NCBI GenBank assembly: GCA_964606485.1
Contig: CAZSGP010000001.1
Location: 353,085 to 417,084, forward strand
DNA from: an uncultured Planctomycetia bacterium
GTDB taxonomy: Bacteria; Omnitrophota; Gorgyraeia; 2-02-FULL-51-18
Direction of reading: 5' to 3'
DNA length: 64,000 nucleotides
The position numbers and the translations under genes are program-made. The stretch's first letter is position 1. Each line of letters opens with the position of its first letter. The notes below the pieces were generated by a model. It saw only the letters and a list, made by a program, of their open reading frames with translations, had not been told where the DNA came from and ran no database searches. Of this stretch, positions 62,244-64,000 are shown piece by piece.

Positions 62244-63978
62244 GAAAAACGAACCTAAGAATAACAATAAAGACAAGGTTGAGAAAAAGGCAGTAGTGGC
62301 CCGCATTGTCAAAGATGCCAAAGAGCCCAAAGATTTAAAAGTTGGCGAAGCCGCGCCCAAGGACGCCACGGACAGCGCGTCTATTCAGAGTAAGGGTGTT
62401 GAGCAGCTTGTAACCCTTGGAAAAGAAAAAGGATTTTTAACGTACGACGATATCAATCGTATTTTGCCGCGCACCGTGGTTTCGGCAGAAGACATCGATG
62501 ATGTGCTCGTGACTTTAAATTCACAGCAAATCGACGTTGTGGACAACGAAGAAGACGCGGATAAAGATTCGGATGACGACGATGAGAAGGATTCGGATTC
62601 GGAGTCTTCGGAGCAAGAAGAGAAAAAAGAAGAGCCTGCTCCCACAAATATGTCGCCTGCTCGTTTAGAGCAGATGGATGATCCAGTGAGGATGTATTTG
62701 CGCCAGATGGGGCAGATCTCACTTTTAACACGCGAGCAGGAATTGGAACTCGCCAAGCGCATTGAAGCGGATGAACTGGAATTTAGAAAAGCTGTTTTTG
62801 AGAATGCCTACTCCCGTGATTACATTGTAGAGTTCACCCAAAAGCTCGTGAAAAACGAGGGGAATGTCGACGAGTACATCGACGAAGATTACAAGGTTCG
62901 CGATGATACGCCGAGAACGCTTCGCCGCATCAAAGCGCTCTTCAAACGCTTAAATAAAGTTCGCCGTGGTGCCAACATTACGGAATTGTTGATCGAATTC
63001 AAAGTAGCGCCCTACGTCGTGGAAGAAATTTTCCACGAAATTCGCGACGGCGTGATTCGTATTGAAAAAATTGATCGCGAGTTGGATAAATTCCGCAAGA
63101 AACGACTTCGTGCCGAGATCGGAAAGCTTCTCAAAGAACGCTTTCAACTCCTGAAGAAGTTTGGCCACAAGAACATTGAAGATCTGCGTGAGCAGTATCA
63201 GGTGATTCGCCGCAAAGAAACCAAATACCAGAAGGCCAAGAAGGAATTGGTTGAGGCAAACTTACGTTTGGTGGTGAGTATCGCCAAGAAATACACCAAC
63301 CGCGGATTGTCGTTTCTGGATTTGATTCAAGAGGGCAATATCGGTTTGATGAAAGCGGTGGATAAGTTTGAATATCGCCGCGGTTACAAGTTTAGCACCT
63401 ACGCGACGTGGTGGATTCGTCAGGCGGTAACACGCTCGATCGCCGACCAGGCCCGTACGATTCGTATTCCGGTGCACATGACCGAGACGATCAATAAGTT
63501 GATCCGCGTTTCAAGAACTTTGGTTCAAGAGACTGGAAAAGAACCGACTCCTGAAGAAATTGGCCAGCGCATGCGCATGGGCGTTGAGAAAGTCCGCGAA
63601 ATTTTAAAAATTGCGCAGGAACCGATCTCGCTTCAGACGCCTATCGGCGACGAAGGTGACACACACTTTGGTGACTTCATCGAAGATAAACGCGCTGTCT
63701 CTCCCTCGAGCGCCACGACTTACGCGATGTTGCGTGAGCAGATGGACGAGGTTTTGACGACTCTGACGGATCGTGAACGCAAAGTTCTGAAGCTTCGTTT
63801 TGGTGTGAATGATGGTTACCCGCGCACACTTGAAGAAGTGGGTTCTATTTTTAGTGTGACCCGCGAACGTGTTCGTCAGATTGAAGCCAAGGCTCTTCGG
63901 AAACTCCGCCACCCCACGCGCTCTAGAAAACTAAAAACCTTCTTGGAGATGGGGGGAGGGGACGATCTGGATTTTTAA
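62230..63978 (+). CDS. rpoD: RNA polymerase primary sigma factor (sigma-70) with acidic N-terminal insertion
   Basis: Region 2 [36 protein letters not shown], region 3, and region 4 [27 protein letters not shown]. Overlaps the dnaG 3' end as in the dnaG-rpoD operon. Confidence 0.95.
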   Translation: MKKNKKNEPKNNNKDKVEKKAVVARIVKDAKEPKDLKVGEAAPKDATDSASIQSKGVEQLVTLGKEKGFLTYDDINRILPRTVVSAEDIDDVLVTLNSQQIDVVDNEEDADKDSDDDDEKDSDSESSEQEEKKEEPAPTNMSPARLEQMDDPVRMYLRQMGQISLLTREQELELAKRIEADELEFRKAVFENAYSRDYIVEFTQKLVKNEGNVDEYIDEDYKVRDDTPRTLRRIKALFKRLNKVRRGANITELLIEFKVAPYVVEEIFHEIRDGVIRIEKIDRELDKFRKKRLRAEIGKLLKERFQLLKKFGHKNIEDLREQYQVIRRKETKYQKAKKELVEANLRLVVSIAKKYTNRGLSFLDLIQEGNIGLMKAVDKFEYRRGYKFSTYATWWIRQAVTRSIADQARTIRIPVHMTETINKLIRVSRTLVQETGKEPTPEEIGQRMRMGVEKVREILKIAQEPISLQTPIGDEGDTHFGDFIEDKRAVSPSSATTYAMLREQMDEVLTTLTDRERKVLKLRFGVNDGYPRTLEEVGSIFSVTRERVRQIEAKALRKLRHPTRSRKLKTFLEMGGGDDLDF

Positions 63979-64000
63979 GCGACGCTTCTTTTTCTCGCAA

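Noticed and set aside
1-64000. CRISPR arrays, rRNA genes, transposases/integrases, toxin-antitoxin pairs, restriction-modification or other recognisable defence systems
   Set aside because: None detected. No regularly spaced direct repeats. The only repeats are hairpin/REP-like and MITE-like elements. No ORF shows nuclease, methylase, transposase or recombinase motifs.

Overview
This 64 kb window reads as chromosomal core sequence from a diderm (Gram-negative-type) bacterium of roughly 50% GC. Lineage cannot be assigned from sequence alone. Nearly all genes lie on the + strand in long, tightly packed operons with many 1-4 nt overlaps. Several gene orders match those of well-studied bacteria: rplU-rpmA-obg, proB-proA, nadD-rsfS, surA-pdxA-rsmA, tolQ/exbB-tolR/exbD, and dnaG-rpoD. 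No CRISPR array, rRNA or transposase gene was found. Six regions look non-routine and worth a second look. (1) A type IV pilin gene with a Ser/Thr-rich C-terminus is followed by three GT-C-type membrane glycosyltransferase homologs (two tandem TMTC/PMT_2-like plus one YfhO-like) directly upstream of pilMNOPQ, a candidate PMT-type pilin O-glycosylation module. (2) A LexA-controlled cassette, lexA - Y-family polymerase - Rho ATPase domain lacking the N-terminal RNA-binding domain, is bracketed by two direct copies of a ~50-60 bp hairpin repeat. (3) Just downstream sits a 177 bp element with perfect 20 bp terminal inverted repeats, MITE-like. (4) A minimal Mfd lacks the UvrB-homology/UvrA-binding N-terminus and the autoinhibitory C-terminal D7. 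(5) nadD is C-terminally truncated and overlaps rsfS, which has no canonical start codon. (6) Structured GC-rich hairpin arrays lie upstream of uvrA and between rpmA and obg. Coordinates of hand-located features (hairpins, tRNA, internal starts) may be off by 1-2 nt.
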